DNA of 64,000 nucleotides from Candidatus Nomurabacteria bacterium GW2011_GWE1_32_28 (GTDB lineage Bacteria; Patescibacteriota; Minisyncoccia; Phycocordibacterales; UBA9973). The notes beneath the pieces were generated by a model that was not told the DNA's origin, searched no databases, and was given only the letters and a program-made list of their open reading frames with translations. Location: assembly GCA_000989515.1 (NCBI GenBank), contig LBOM01000004.1, positions 56,149 to 120,148 of the forward strand. Direction: 5' to 3'. The stretch's first letter is position 1; each line of letters opens with the position of its first letter. The position numbers were made by a program, and so were the translations under genes. Of the stretch, positions 10,173-21,610 are shown in pieces.

Positions 10173-12542
10173 TTATTTATCTAAAGGATCCTCCATTTTT
10201 TCTTTTTGAGCCTCCTCAGCTAACACATCATCAACAGAACAAACACCAGAGACACAAGCAAATTCTTTTGCACCGACAGTATTGTCTTCCTGTTCGTAAT
10301 AAATAAGTTTAGAAAAATCAATATGTTTTATTTCTTTGATTCTTCTATTGTATTCTTCCTTTGAAATTTCTTCATAGGGTGCGAGTTGATATACGTGTTC
10401 TGAACGAGGCAAAAAAGAAAGTCCACCAACAATATCCCAATTTTCATACACAAAGTTTGCAACTTTTATCCATTCATCTTCTCCTACATATATAGTGACA
10501 GAAGGATTGTGTTCAATATAATTGACTTTTAATCTTTTCCATTCATTAAGCAAATCAATTGCAGAGACTTTGTCACGGGTTATTGCTCCCTCTGGTGCTT
10601 TTATCGGGAATTCAACTACAGCAACTGTAGAATTAGAAGTGGAATATCCAACTTCAGCTTTAAATGGAACTCCTTGATCTTTAATTAACTGGAAGAGTGG
10701 ATCATTTGTAGAAATACGAACACGTCTAATATAATATTCTGCATACCATGGATGCATACCTGAACCAACATAAAGAAGCTGTCCAGAATTGCCGTGAGGT
10801 TTAATAGTCGTTATACAAGTAGAATATTTAATACCAAACTTTTTAGCATATTCTCTGTTTGTTTTTATAGATTCTTCTCGAAGTTTTGACAAAACATCAT
10901 CTGATCTAATTATTTGATTGTCATAATATCCTGTAATAGAGACACCAAGCAATGCTTCATCATCACAGTTATTTTTCCATTCTTTTGATAAATATCCAAA
11001 ATGAGTTAACGTCGCCTGGTAAGTACCTAATATTGTAGAAAGTCTTACTTTTCTTTTTAAATCTTCAATACTATCTTTGGGGCGAACAACGATAGAAGTA
11101 AGATTACAAAATTGTTTAGAGCGAAGAGTTATCTCTCCACAAGGATTTGATCCTGGTAAACCTACAATTACATTTTGATCATCGATGATTCCAGCTTCTT
11201 TCCAATTTTCAATTCTACGTTTTGGAAGCTGTGTCATCAGACCTCCTCTATTAAATATACCTCTTTCCCCTGTTCCTGATTTTATCAATTCCAGCCATTC
11301 ATTTAAAAATTCTGAAGCTGATGGTTTTTGATTATAAACAGCTGAGTTGTTTGCCATTGAACGCTGTCCATTATCTATCCAAAATTGCCCCTGTTTTGAT
11401 TTACGCATTGATTCATCATCAATATCAGAAAGAGATATCAAAGCACTACGACGAACTCCACCAGCTACGACAATAAGACCAATCTGACAAATAATATCGT
11501 GAAGATCTAAATTAGTAAGACGTTTTGCTTGCCTTGCTAAAATCTTCTTTTTTGTAAAATTCATTAAATCAATCAAAGGCTGAGGACCAGAAGCACGCCC
11601 ACCAGCGATCTTCAAGCGCGCACCAGATGGACGAACCTTGCTATAATCAAAATCAATATCATATCCATCAGCCCAAGTTTTACAACCTAAGACATAAGCA
11701 TCTGCCCAGCCTTCTTTGCTATCTTCTACAAAATGAGTAGCAAGCTTTTTCCCTGTTTGTCTTCTAATCTGGGGAAATTTCTGTACAGTTTCTGATTCAA
11801 TAGAAAAACCTAAACCAGCACCACACATCAATATGTACATCGTCTCACCTAAATCTTGCCAAGCAGAAGGAGCAATATAAGAACAGTTGTAAGCCCATAC
11901 ATTTGTTTTTTTACATGCTTCTCCAGCAGACCAAAGCAATCTCATTGATGGACAAATCTCTTGGTTTAGAATCCCCTCTCTTACATCAGAATAATCTCTT
12001 GAGGATAATTTATTACCAAGATTTTCTTTCATATAAATCATAAAACGATCTATCGTTTCTACCCATGTTTCTCGTCTACCTAAACCATCTTGCCATTTTG
12101 AATAAGTTCTGTAAAAAATAAATTCTTCATAAGAACTGACAAAATAAGAACTTGATTCATCAAAAACTTTCTTATTTTCAGGAGGAACGGTACCTACTTC
12201 ACGTCTCAATTCTGCTCTTTTTGACCTATATAAAATATAGGATTTTGCAGTAGAATGATAGCCTAAATCCATAAGTTCAGCTTCTACAAGGTCCTGTATT
12301 ATCTCAACTGTTGGAATAAATTTCTTTTCTTTACTTTTTATTTTTAGATTAACTAATTTGTGGAAGACCTTGGTCGCTACATCTTTTGCTTCTTTTTTTT
12401 CTCCTTCATTGGTTATTAAAAATGCCTTATAGACTGCATCTGCAATTTTATTTATATTAAAAGGAATTATTTCTCCTTCACGATTTCTAATATTTTTAAT
12501 CTTAATTAATTCCTCTTTTCCTAAAATAAAATCTTTTTCCAT
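10173..12542 (-). CDS. nrdJ: adenosylcobalamin-dependent (class II) ribonucleotide reductase
   Basis: NPCGEI active-site motif; C-terminal CVSGVCSVD cysteine pair; 789 aa. Confidence 0.75.
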   Translation of the reverse strand: MEKDFILGKEELIKIKNIRNREGEIIPFNINKIADAVYKAFLITNEGEKKEAKDVATKVFHKLVNLKIKSKEKKFIPTVEIIQDLVEAELMDLGYHSTAKSYILYRSKRAELRREVGTVPPENKKVFDESSSYFVSSYEEFIFYRTYSKWQDGLGRRETWVETIDRFMIYMKENLGNKLSSRDYSDVREGILNQEICPSMRLLWSAGEACKKTNVWAYNCSYIAPSAWQDLGETMYILMCGAGLGFSIESETVQKFPQIRRQTGKKLATHFVEDSKEGWADAYVLGCKTWADGYDIDFDYSKVRPSGARLKIAGGRASGPQPLIDLMNFTKKKILARQAKRLTNLDLHDIICQIGLIVVAGGVRRSALISLSDIDDESMRKSKQGQFWIDNGQRSMANNSAVYNQKPSASEFLNEWLELIKSGTGERGIFNRGGLMTQLPKRRIENWKEAGIIDDQNVIVGLPGSNPCGEITLRSKQFCNLTSIVVRPKDSIEDLKRKVRLSTILGTYQATLTHFGYLSKEWKNNCDDEALLGVSITGYYDNQIIRSDDVLSKLREESIKTNREYAKKFGIKYSTCITTIKPHGNSGQLLYVGSGMHPWYAEYYIRRVRISTNDPLFQLIKDQGVPFKAEVGYSTSNSTVAVVEFPIKAPEGAITRDKVSAIDLLNEWKRLKVNYIEHNPSVTIYVGEDEWIKVANFVYENWDIVGGLSFLPRSEHVYQLAPYEEISKEEYNRRIKEIKHIDFSKLIYYEQEDNTVGAKEFACVSGVCSVDDVLAEEAQKEKMEDPLDK

Positions 12543-12671
12543 GGAGCAATTATACTTCCAAAAAATAATTTATGCTAGCAAAAATTGGCAAAAATTAGTA
12601 AAAAAACTACAAATAAAACAATTTAAAAAGGCTGTAAATAGCTGTTTTTTTAGAGGCTGAAATAGCAAGCC

Positions 12672-13142
12672 CTAAGAGGACAAAAATTCTACCATGTCTC
12701 CTTCTTTTAAATTATTTTTTTCAGAAAATGAAGAAAACACCTCTAAAACATACTTCGAGTCATTGCTTGGTGCAAAACTTTCTGGATATGACTCTGGCTT
12801 CGCGTCTTTTTTAATATAAACTACTTTAAAATCATCAGAAATCCATATAATATCTATAGGAAAATTCATATCTTTCATCCAAAAAGCATATTTATCTGCA
12901 TGATCAAAAACAAAAAGCATAGATTCATCCTCTTTTAATTCTTTCCTGCCCGAAAGACCTCTCTCTTGAGCTTCAGGAGTTAAAGCTAACTCAACTTTTA
13001 AAGTTTTCTCTGCTATCCTTATATAATTTAAATTTTTAATTTCAATTGTTTTTGTAAAATTGTTATTTTCTGTAACTAAAAAAAACCCTATTATAAAAAT
13101 AATAACAACTAAAAGAACAGAGAGATTATTTTTACTAAACAT
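12672..13142 (-). CDS. DUF192 (COG1430) family protein with N-terminal TM helix
   Basis: LKVELALTPEAQERGLSGR..MLFVF..FWMKDMNFPIDIIWI. Confidence 0.6.
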   Translation of the reverse strand: MFSKNNLSVLLVVIIFIIGFFLVTENNNFTKTIEIKNLNYIRIAEKTLKVELALTPEAQERGLSGRKELKEDESMLFVFDHADKYAFWMKDMNFPIDIIWISDDFKVVYIKKDAKPESYPESFAPSNDSKYVLEVFSSFSEKNNLKEGDMVEFLSS

Positions 13143-13199
13143 TTTTTATAAATTCGCCTACCTACTCATAAGCAGGTAATTGTTAATTCGTAATTGAAT

Positions 13200-14600
13200 C
13201 TACTTAGGATCTCCATTCCAGCCAAAAAGCTTACCAACACTTTCTGCTGTCTCATGTTTACGAACAATCTTCACTTCTCCATCCTTCGCAATTATTTTTG
13301 CAGGAAGAGAAAGTAGACAATGATGTGATGCAAGAGAATCTTGATAAGCACCCGTATCTAAAATAGCAATATATTGATCTTCTCCATTTATTTTTGGTAA
13401 AAGAATATAATCCCCACCAGCTGTATATTTATCATCAGAATCACAAGAACTTCCAGCGAGCCAAACACGCTTAAGTGGACTCGCCATATTATTTACAGGT
13501 ATTGTATGCCATTTTTGATGCACTGCCCAAGTATCTTTTAAATCATTCATAAAACTACCATCAATAACATACCAAGCTTTTGCATTAGCTTTATCAATAT
13601 ATTTTTTAGAGATTACTTTATAGATAGTTATTTGAGCTGGATCAACAATATACCAACCCCATTCTATTGCTAAATTTGGGTGTCTTATGCCAGCCTTGTC
13701 TGATAAATTTTTTAATAATTTTATTATTTTACTTGAAACAACTTTCGCAGTATAAAATTTCTTTTTTTCATGGGAAATACCAAATCCACCACCAATATCT
13801 AATGTATCAAGTGAGGGATATAATTTTTGTAATTGAGTATAAATACCAAAAGCATATTTTACTCCTTCTAAAATACTTTTTTGTGTTTTTATTTGTGAAC
13901 CTAAATGATAATGAAGGATTTTTAAATTCTTCATTTTAGGTAAACTCCAGATATCTTTTTCTGAAAGTCCAAAACGGTCAAATTTCTTATCCCAACGTGT
14001 GTCAGATTTTATAGATAAATCTACACGCACACCTATGTCACCCTTATATTTTGAAATTCTTTCAACCTCTTCTGGCCCTTCTATTATAGGTATGATGGTC
14101 ATACCTTTAGCACGTAATTCTTCAATCAAATCTAGATATTGATCAGTCTTTGGACCATTGCAAAGTACACGAATTTTAGGATTAAATTTCTCTCCTTCCC
14201 AAAGTTTTTTGACAAGCCAAAGTTCATTTGCTGATGTTACTTCTAAATTTGCACCTTCTGAAATTAAAGGTAATACAAATTCTTTATTCTGATTTACTTT
14301 CATTGGGTAATGATAAAAAAACTTACCTTTATATCCTAAAATCTTTATATATGCTTGAAAATAACCTATTAAATCTTTAAGTCTATCTTCTAGTACAGAA
14401 GGTAGAATTATTTGAAGAGGTGTTCCATACTTGCGAGCAAGATCATGTAAGTTGTATATGTGATGACCTTCGGTCGCAATAAGTTCATTGTCTTTACTCA
14501 CACCCAAAAATTGAGTATTAAATTCCTCTGCTCCTAGCTTCCAAAATTTCTTCCAATTTTTTCCTTTTTTTATTTGTTTTTTTATTTTTTTCTTGACCAT
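13200..14600 (-). CDS. PLP-dependent fold-III decarboxylase, arginine decarboxylase (SpeA)-like
   Basis: YPMKVNQ (SpeA YPIKVNQ), GSSCDSDD (SpeA CDSDG), GGGFGISH. Confidence 0.65.
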   Translation of the reverse strand: MVKKKIKKQIKKGKNWKKFWKLGAEEFNTQFLGVSKDNELIATEGHHIYNLHDLARKYGTPLQIILPSVLEDRLKDLIGYFQAYIKILGYKGKFFYHYPMKVNQNKEFVLPLISEGANLEVTSANELWLVKKLWEGEKFNPKIRVLCNGPKTDQYLDLIEELRAKGMTIIPIIEGPEEVERISKYKGDIGVRVDLSIKSDTRWDKKFDRFGLSEKDIWSLPKMKNLKILHYHLGSQIKTQKSILEGVKYAFGIYTQLQKLYPSLDTLDIGGGFGISHEKKKFYTAKVVSSKIIKLLKNLSDKAGIRHPNLAIEWGWYIVDPAQITIYKVISKKYIDKANAKAWYVIDGSFMNDLKDTWAVHQKWHTIPVNNMASPLKRVWLAGSSCDSDDKYTAGGDYILLPKINGEDQYIAILDTGAYQDSLASHHCLLSLPAKIIAKDGEVKIVRKHETAESVGKLFGWNGDPK

Positions 14601-14644
14601 TTAATTAAGCTATAGTATAACAATTTTTTAAAAAATGTAAATAG

Positions 14645-16000
<1,356 letters not shown>

Positions 16001-16026
16001 CTATCATATATGTTAGTCTAAGCTTT

Positions 16027-17709
16027 TTAATAAACTTCCCGCTGATAACATTTCTCGCAATATACAATCTCCAGTCTATCGGGAGCATAAGAAGTTTTGA
16101 ATTCATTCTGACAGCCTTCCTTCATACATTTTCGATGCCAAAGTTTATTTGGTCCACGATTCTCAAAACGTTTTACATGTCTGCACTCTGGACAAATTCT
16201 AGGAATTGGTATTTCTAACTTTTTATAAAAAGAAAGTTCGTCAATAATAATACGGTAATTTTTTCTACATTCTAAACAAATAAAAACTTCTTTAACAACA
16301 TCAAAATCTTTTGGTAAGTTATTTATTGAATCCGGAAAACTTTTCCAATCAATTGTTTCTTTGCCATAAGTTCCCCGTTCTGTATCTTCCCACTTAAAAC
16401 CTAGAGCAATTGCTTCTTCTTTTTTTAGGGGGAACTGTTCATAAGCTGCTGTCTCATTATAACCAAAAGAACTTATACTTGATGGGAAAAAATTTCCCCA
16501 CTCTTCTTTTTCTTTCATTTTAGAAATTATTTTAATTTTTAGTTTTTCATATTCTTCTTTTGTATATTGTTTATTTAAAATACAGTAATCTTTTTTGCGA
16601 AGACCAACACAACCTAAAATATTATTACAGTTGAAACAATAAGTTGAATAGTATGAAAAAGTAGATGACCAACAAAGATTCGAGGATATTTGGTGAGAAG
16701 TTTCTATACCAGAATTAATTGAATTATAAATAAGTTCTGCGTTTCTTCCAGCTGTATCAACATCAAAACATTCTTTAGCATCACGCCATGTATGTACCCC
16801 ATGTTTACAATCTTCAGAATCATAACAGTGAAAACAATTCTTACAATTTCTAGAACTTTTTATATAATTCCCTGTCGAATTAACACCTTGTATAATTTCA
16901 GCATATTTCCTTGGGTTTTTTGAGATAAATTCTTTAAACTCTTCTTGAGCTTTTTTTATACCACTCTCGGTATCAAGCTTCCGTTCTTTTATAAATTTTT
17001 TATATTCATCTTTTGTGTGTGAAACATTAAAAATATTATATTTTTGTCCTCGTAAATTTACACAACCAAAACAATTCGAGCAATTTCTACAATCTAGAAG
17101 AAAAACACTGTCTAAGCAGGAATGACACCCTTTGGAAAATTTCAAATTATTACAATCATAACAATCATCAACTTCATAAGAGAGCTCAACTTTATTTGTG
17201 AAAGAACAATCAACTAAATCTTTTGATACTTGGATCCAGTAACAATTTAAGCAATTTTCATTATTAGAAGATTCAACTAACATATAACAATTTTTGTTAT
17301 CAGCTGAAATATTTGTATATTGTGACCCAGGACTTCTTACATAAATAAGAGAAATTTTTGGGACAGTTTTTAATAAATTATTATATTGATCAAGAAATGG
17401 CTTACCCGAATCATATATCAGCCCATAATCCAGCGCATTCCAATCATCTGAAAACCAACAATCGTAACACCAAACAGTATAAGGTTTATTTGGACTATAC
17501 ATTGAAATTTTATCTTTTCTACACTTGTCACATGGACGTTTATAAAAACATCTTTCATTACGAAAAGAAAGTCTCAATTGAGCCCTGCATGTTGGACAAA
17601 TAGAAGGAACAAGCACATCAATTTTCTCATAAAATTTAAAATCTTCCGGCTCGACAGTAAATTTAAGCTTACAATTTTGACATATTACATTTTGTAGACC
17701 ATATTCCAT
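16027..17709 (-). CDS. cysteine-rich protein (560 aa) with N- and C-terminal zinc-ribbon motifs and internal CxxCxxCxGC repeats; function unknown
   Basis: more than 50 Cys; N-terminus CQNC..CPTC, C-terminus CLEC..CPEC..CEKC; repeats NCSNCFGCVNLRGQKYNIFN / CFNCNNILGCVGLRKKDYCILNKQYTKEEY. Confidence 0.6.
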   Translation of the reverse strand: MEYGLQNVICQNCKLKFTVEPEDFKFYEKIDVLVPSICPTCRAQLRLSFRNERCFYKRPCDKCRKDKISMYSPNKPYTVWCYDCWFSDDWNALDYGLIYDSGKPFLDQYNNLLKTVPKISLIYVRSPGSQYTNISADNKNCYMLVESSNNENCLNCYWIQVSKDLVDCSFTNKVELSYEVDDCYDCNNLKFSKGCHSCLDSVFLLDCRNCSNCFGCVNLRGQKYNIFNVSHTKDEYKKFIKERKLDTESGIKKAQEEFKEFISKNPRKYAEIIQGVNSTGNYIKSSRNCKNCFHCYDSEDCKHGVHTWRDAKECFDVDTAGRNAELIYNSINSGIETSHQISSNLCWSSTFSYYSTYCFNCNNILGCVGLRKKDYCILNKQYTKEEYEKLKIKIISKMKEKEEWGNFFPSSISSFGYNETAAYEQFPLKKEEAIALGFKWEDTERGTYGKETIDWKSFPDSINNLPKDFDVVKEVFICLECRKNYRIIIDELSFYKKLEIPIPRICPECRHVKRFENRGPNKLWHRKCMKEGCQNEFKTSYAPDRLEIVYCEKCYQREVY

Positions 17710-17881
17710 ATTCTTGATTAAACCTTATTTTATAAACTTTTTATACTTGTTAATAACTATTGACTTTTGTAATACATTTTGTAATACTATAAATAGGTGT
17801 TTGGAGGGTTCGCCCTCTCACGGCATTAAGCTGTAACCAAGCACCTAACAAAGAACCCGCCCTAAAAGCGGATTTTTTGTT

Positions 17882-18358
17882 TTAATCTTCTTCTGGTATA
17901 CCATCATGCAATATTCTTTCTTTCGTTTCTTCATTCATTCCCCAAAAAGGAATTATGCTCCAAAAGAACTTTTCTCCCTTATTAATTTGTTTTACAACAA
18001 TACGAATTCTATTTCTTTTTACAACAGCAATAAATTCATAATAATTCACGGGTTTTAAAATAGAATCCGTTCTATTATGAACACGAATCCTTTCAAATTT
18101 TTTTGTTTCAAATATTCCCTGTAAGGTATAAGACATTTTTAATATTTCTGGTATTAAATGCAATAATTTAAAACGCATATACTGATCTTGTTCTAATCTG
18201 GCTTTATTCCTAGATTTAAATTTTAGATGTTCAAAGCCCTGTGCTTCAAAAGAAATTTTTTCCTTAAAATAAGGACAATAAACTTTATCAAGTGACTTAT
18301 AAAACATTTCACCTTTTTCTTTTACATCTTTAAATTGTTTATCTGTAAATTGAATCAT
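17882..18358 (-). CDS. hypothetical protein
   Basis: 158-aa ORF, no recognisable motif. Confidence 0.5.
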   Translation of the reverse strand: MIQFTDKQFKDVKEKGEMFYKSLDKVYCPYFKEKISFEAQGFEHLKFKSRNKARLEQDQYMRFKLLHLIPEILKMSYTLQGIFETKKFERIRVHNRTDSILKPVNYYEFIAVVKRNRIRIVVKQINKGEKFFWSIIPFWGMNEETKERILHDGIPEED

Positions 18359-18364
18359 AAATAA

Positions 18365-19168
18365 TTATTTCTCAACTTGCACAAACTTCAATTCTTGAAT
18401 ATTTACTGGACTAACAAGTAAAACTTTCTGGAAAGAATCACGTGGATCTGAGACAATAGTCTGAACTATTCCAATAACATAGGAATCTATGCCAGGTAAA
18501 ACAACTTCTGTCCCTTTTTCTAAAACAAAATCTCTGGGTAATATCATTTCGAAATTTCCATTACCACGACCAATCAACTGCATGAGTACATCATTACCAA
18601 CAATAACAACTTCTACTTTTTCTCCAGGATTAGAAAATAAATTAATTTTCGAATAATTAGAATATACTTCTGCAACATGTCCTAATGGGATATTTCCAAA
18701 TGCAAAAACTCTTTGCCCAGAAACCACCCCATCTTTTGCGCCTATATCTATTATAATAGTACTATATATAGATTGATTTTGTTTTGATAAAATAGTGGCT
18801 AAAATCATATCACTATCTTTATGTTTGCGTCCTAGGATTTCTTTAATTTTATAATTTTCTTCTAGAATAGAATTATAATTAGAAATTCTTGCTTCTTGTT
18901 CATCTAATTTAAATTTTAAATTTTCATTTTCTAATAAAAGAGATTTTTTAAAATAAAAATAAGAACCAGTTCCAGATATTATCTGACCAATATTATTTCC
19001 TAAAACCAAAACAGGACGAAAAACAAAATAAGAAAAACTAGAAAGTCTATTAAAAACAGGACTTCTAAAATAAGCCAAAACACATAAAACTAAAAAAGAA
19101 ATTATATATTTGATTAACTTATTTCTTTTTGTTTTTTTATCTAGGAGGTAACTCATCTTGATTGCCAA
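18365..19168 (-). CDS. mreC: rod shape-determining protein MreC
   Basis: N-terminal TM helix, coiled coil ENENLKFKLDEQEARISNYNSILEEN, C-terminal beta domain; directly downstream of mreB. Confidence 0.8.
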   Translation of the reverse strand: MAIKMSYLLDKKTKRNKLIKYIISFLVLCVLAYFRSPVFNRLSSFSYFVFRPVLVLGNNIGQIISGTGSYFYFKKSLLLENENLKFKLDEQEARISNYNSILEENYKIKEILGRKHKDSDMILATILSKQNQSIYSTIIIDIGAKDGVVSGQRVFAFGNIPLGHVAEVYSNYSKINLFSNPGEKVEVVIVGNDVLMQLIGRGNGNFEMILPRDFVLEKGTEVVLPGIDSYVIGIVQTIVSDPRDSFQKVLLVSPVNIQELKFVQVEK

Positions 19169-20183
19169 TTAAAACTTCTTTAAAAAACTCTACGTCATCT
19201 AAAATGACACCAGTACCACGCGCAACAGCAGAAAGTGGATCATCTACAACATATACAGGTATTTTAAGAACATTTTGCAATAATTCTGCAAGACCTGGTA
19301 ATAGTGCACCACCACCAGAAAGAGTAATACCTTTGTGCATTACATCAGACAAAATTTCAGGAGGTGTCGTTTCAAGCACATCTTTTACACCTTCTATGAG
19401 TTCTTTAATGGATTGAGAAAATGCTTCACGAATATCAGAATCAGTAACAACCACTTCACGAGGTAATCCTGTTAATAAATCACGTCCACGTACTTCTGTC
19501 TCCATATATTCTCCTGGAAGCACAGAACCGACGACTATTTTAACCATTTCAGCAGTGGTCTCTCCTATTAAGATCTTAAACTCATCACGCATATACGTGA
19601 TAATATCATTATTAAATTTATCTCCTGCAATTTTTAAATTTTTTGATTTAACAATTCCACCCAAAGAAATAACAGCAATATCTGTCGTACCACCACCAAT
19701 ATCTATTATCATAGATCCAACAGGATCTTTTATTGGAAGTCTTATACCAATAGCAGCGGCCATTGGTTCTTCTACTAAAAATACTTCTCTTGCTCCAGCT
19801 GAACGAGCAGCATCATAAACAGCACGTGTCTCAACATTTGTTGTACCAGAAGGTACACCGACAATAACTCTTGGTTTAATAAATTTCTTAGAAATTTTAT
19901 CCGCCTTATTTATTAAATAAGAAAGCATTTCTTCTGTAACTTCAAAATCTGAGATAACACCATCCACAAGAGGGCGAACTGCTCTAATATGTCCAGGTGT
20001 ACGTCCTAACATATCTTTTGCTTTCTCTCCAACAGCAAGTATCTGGTTTGTTTTTACATTTACAGCAACCACAGAAGGTTCATTGATTACGATACCATGA
20101 CCTTTTAAATAAACTAAGGTATTTGATGTACCCAGATCTATTCCTATGTCATTCGATATTAATTTATAAATTTTATCAAACAT
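19137..20183 (-). CDS. mreB: rod shape-determining actin homologue MreB
   Basis: IGIDLGTSNTLVY, IDIGGGTTDIAVISLGG, GGGALLPGL. Confidence 0.9.
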   Translation of the reverse strand: MFDKIYKLISNDIGIDLGTSNTLVYLKGHGIVINEPSVVAVNVKTNQILAVGEKAKDMLGRTPGHIRAVRPLVDGVISDFEVTEEMLSYLINKADKISKKFIKPRVIVGVPSGTTNVETRAVYDAARSAGAREVFLVEEPMAAAIGIRLPIKDPVGSMIIDIGGGTTDIAVISLGGIVKSKNLKIAGDKFNNDIITYMRDEFKILIGETTAEMVKIVVGSVLPGEYMETEVRGRDLLTGLPREVVVTDSDIREAFSQSIKELIEGVKDVLETTPPEILSDVMHKGITLSGGGALLPGLAELLQNVLKIPVYVVDDPLSAVARGTGVILDDVEFFKEVLIGNQDELPPR

Positions 20184-20212
20184 AATATAAAACAGCTTAC
20201 AGATTTTAAATA

Positions 20213-21469
20213 TTAACTTACAGTTTTTAAAATATTAATCAATTCATCAAGAGAAACAATCTTACCTTTTTCTTCATTTCTTTTTTTTATTTCTATTCCT
20301 TTTTCTTTCATACTTCTAGAAGAAATAACTAGACGAAAAGGAATACCTAGTAAGTCTGCATCTGCAAATTTTTCACCAGGAGATAAATCATTCCTATCAT
20401 CAAAAAGTACTTCTATGTTTTCCTTTATTAAAGCATCATATACAAAATTCGCTTCTTTTTTAACATCTTCATTATCACTCAAAGAAAGAAGATGTACTTT
20501 AAATGGAGCGATAGATTCAGGCCAAATTATACCCTTGTCGTCAGAAAGAGCCTCAACAACAGTGCCCATAAGACGCCCAGGACCAATACCATAAGAACCC
20601 ATAAAGACAGGCCTAGATTCTCCTGTTTCTGTCTGATATTTTAAATCAAGAACATCTGAAAAACGAGTCCCTAAGGTAAATATATTACCCACTTCTACAG
20701 CTTTTGTTTCTTTAAAATTATCGCCAAGACCTAAATCTTTTTTAATTTCATCTGTAAAAACTTCTTTATTAATAGCAATATTATTTTCTTCATTAATATA
20801 AATAGTATCTTCCCCCGTAGAAGAAATCGTTTGAAATTCATGAGAGAATTTTGAGAAAGAACCACCTGAAGCAAAAGTCAAATAAGTCAAATGTCCTATA
20901 CCTACTCTTTTAAAAATATTCTTATACGCTATTTTTGCTTTTTCATAAAATTCATTATGTTCATGTTCGTCTCTAGAGAAAGAATAAAGATCTTTCATTA
21001 CAAATTCTCGAGTACGCATTATTCCACTTTTTGCACGAGTCTCATTACGAAATTTTGTTTGGAATTGATACACAAAACATGGCAAATCACGATATGAACT
21101 AATATAATTTTTCATAATGTTGGTTAGGGGTTCTTCATGTGTAAAACCCAAACCAAGCTCAGTATCATTTTTTAATTTTGTCTTAAACCATATATCTACT
21201 TTTTCATCATCAAAACGATCTGTTTTTTTCCAAAGTTCTGGATTCTGAAGTGCGGTCATTACAATTTCTTGTCCACCAATGGCATTCACCTCTTCACGAA
21301 TAATATTTTCTATGTTTTTTAGAACACGTAAACCAAGAGGTAAATATGAGTATACTCCTGCCATTTCTTTATTGATAAAACCACCTCGAATAAGAAGCTC
21401 TGCATTTTTTGACACTTCATCTGTTGGTGCCTCTTTTTTTGTTTTAGTAAAAAGCTTAGATTGTCTCAT
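20213..21469 (-). CDS. proS: prolyl-tRNA synthetase (bacterial type lacking the editing insertion)
   Basis: class II motif 2 FRNETRAKSGIMRTREFVMKDLYSF; C-terminal anticodon-binding domain. Confidence 0.85.
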   Translation of the reverse strand: MRQSKLFTKTKKEAPTDEVSKNAELLIRGGFINKEMAGVYSYLPLGLRVLKNIENIIREEVNAIGGQEIVMTALQNPELWKKTDRFDDEKVDIWFKTKLKNDTELGLGFTHEEPLTNIMKNYISSYRDLPCFVYQFQTKFRNETRAKSGIMRTREFVMKDLYSFSRDEHEHNEFYEKAKIAYKNIFKRVGIGHLTYLTFASGGSFSKFSHEFQTISSTGEDTIYINEENNIAINKEVFTDEIKKDLGLGDNFKETKAVEVGNIFTLGTRFSDVLDLKYQTETGESRPVFMGSYGIGPGRLMGTVVEALSDDKGIIWPESIAPFKVHLLSLSDNEDVKKEANFVYDALIKENIEVLFDDRNDLSPGEKFADADLLGIPFRLVISSRSMKEKGIEIKKRNEEKGKIVSLDELINILKTVS

Positions 21470-21574
21470 TCATTCATATTACCTTAAAACTTCTTGCTTT
21501 GCAAAAAGTTTAGACGATTTAATTTCTATTAAATTTAGCCTAAAAAGAGTCTTTTTTACAAAATTCTATATCAT

Positions 21575-21603
21575 TTGCAAAATTGTCTTTCTTCTGCTAG
21601 AAT
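21575..21603 (+). promoter_or_regulatory. sigma70-like promoter (-35 TTGCAA, 17 nt, -10 TAGAAT) ending 7 nt before the rpsB ATG
   Basis: ttgcaa(21575-80), aattgtctttcttctgc, tagaat(21598-603), agctctt, ATG(21611); position 21575 is TTG, not a likely start. Confidence 0.5.
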
Positions 21604-21610
21604 AGCTCTT

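Noticed and set aside
10173-12542. Intein or intron in nrdJ, rpoB, rpoC, gyrB or dnaG
   Set aside because: Lengths and motif spacing are normal (NrdJ 789 aa, GyrB 687 aa with only an acidic low-complexity insert); no Hint/LAGLIDADG blocks seen.
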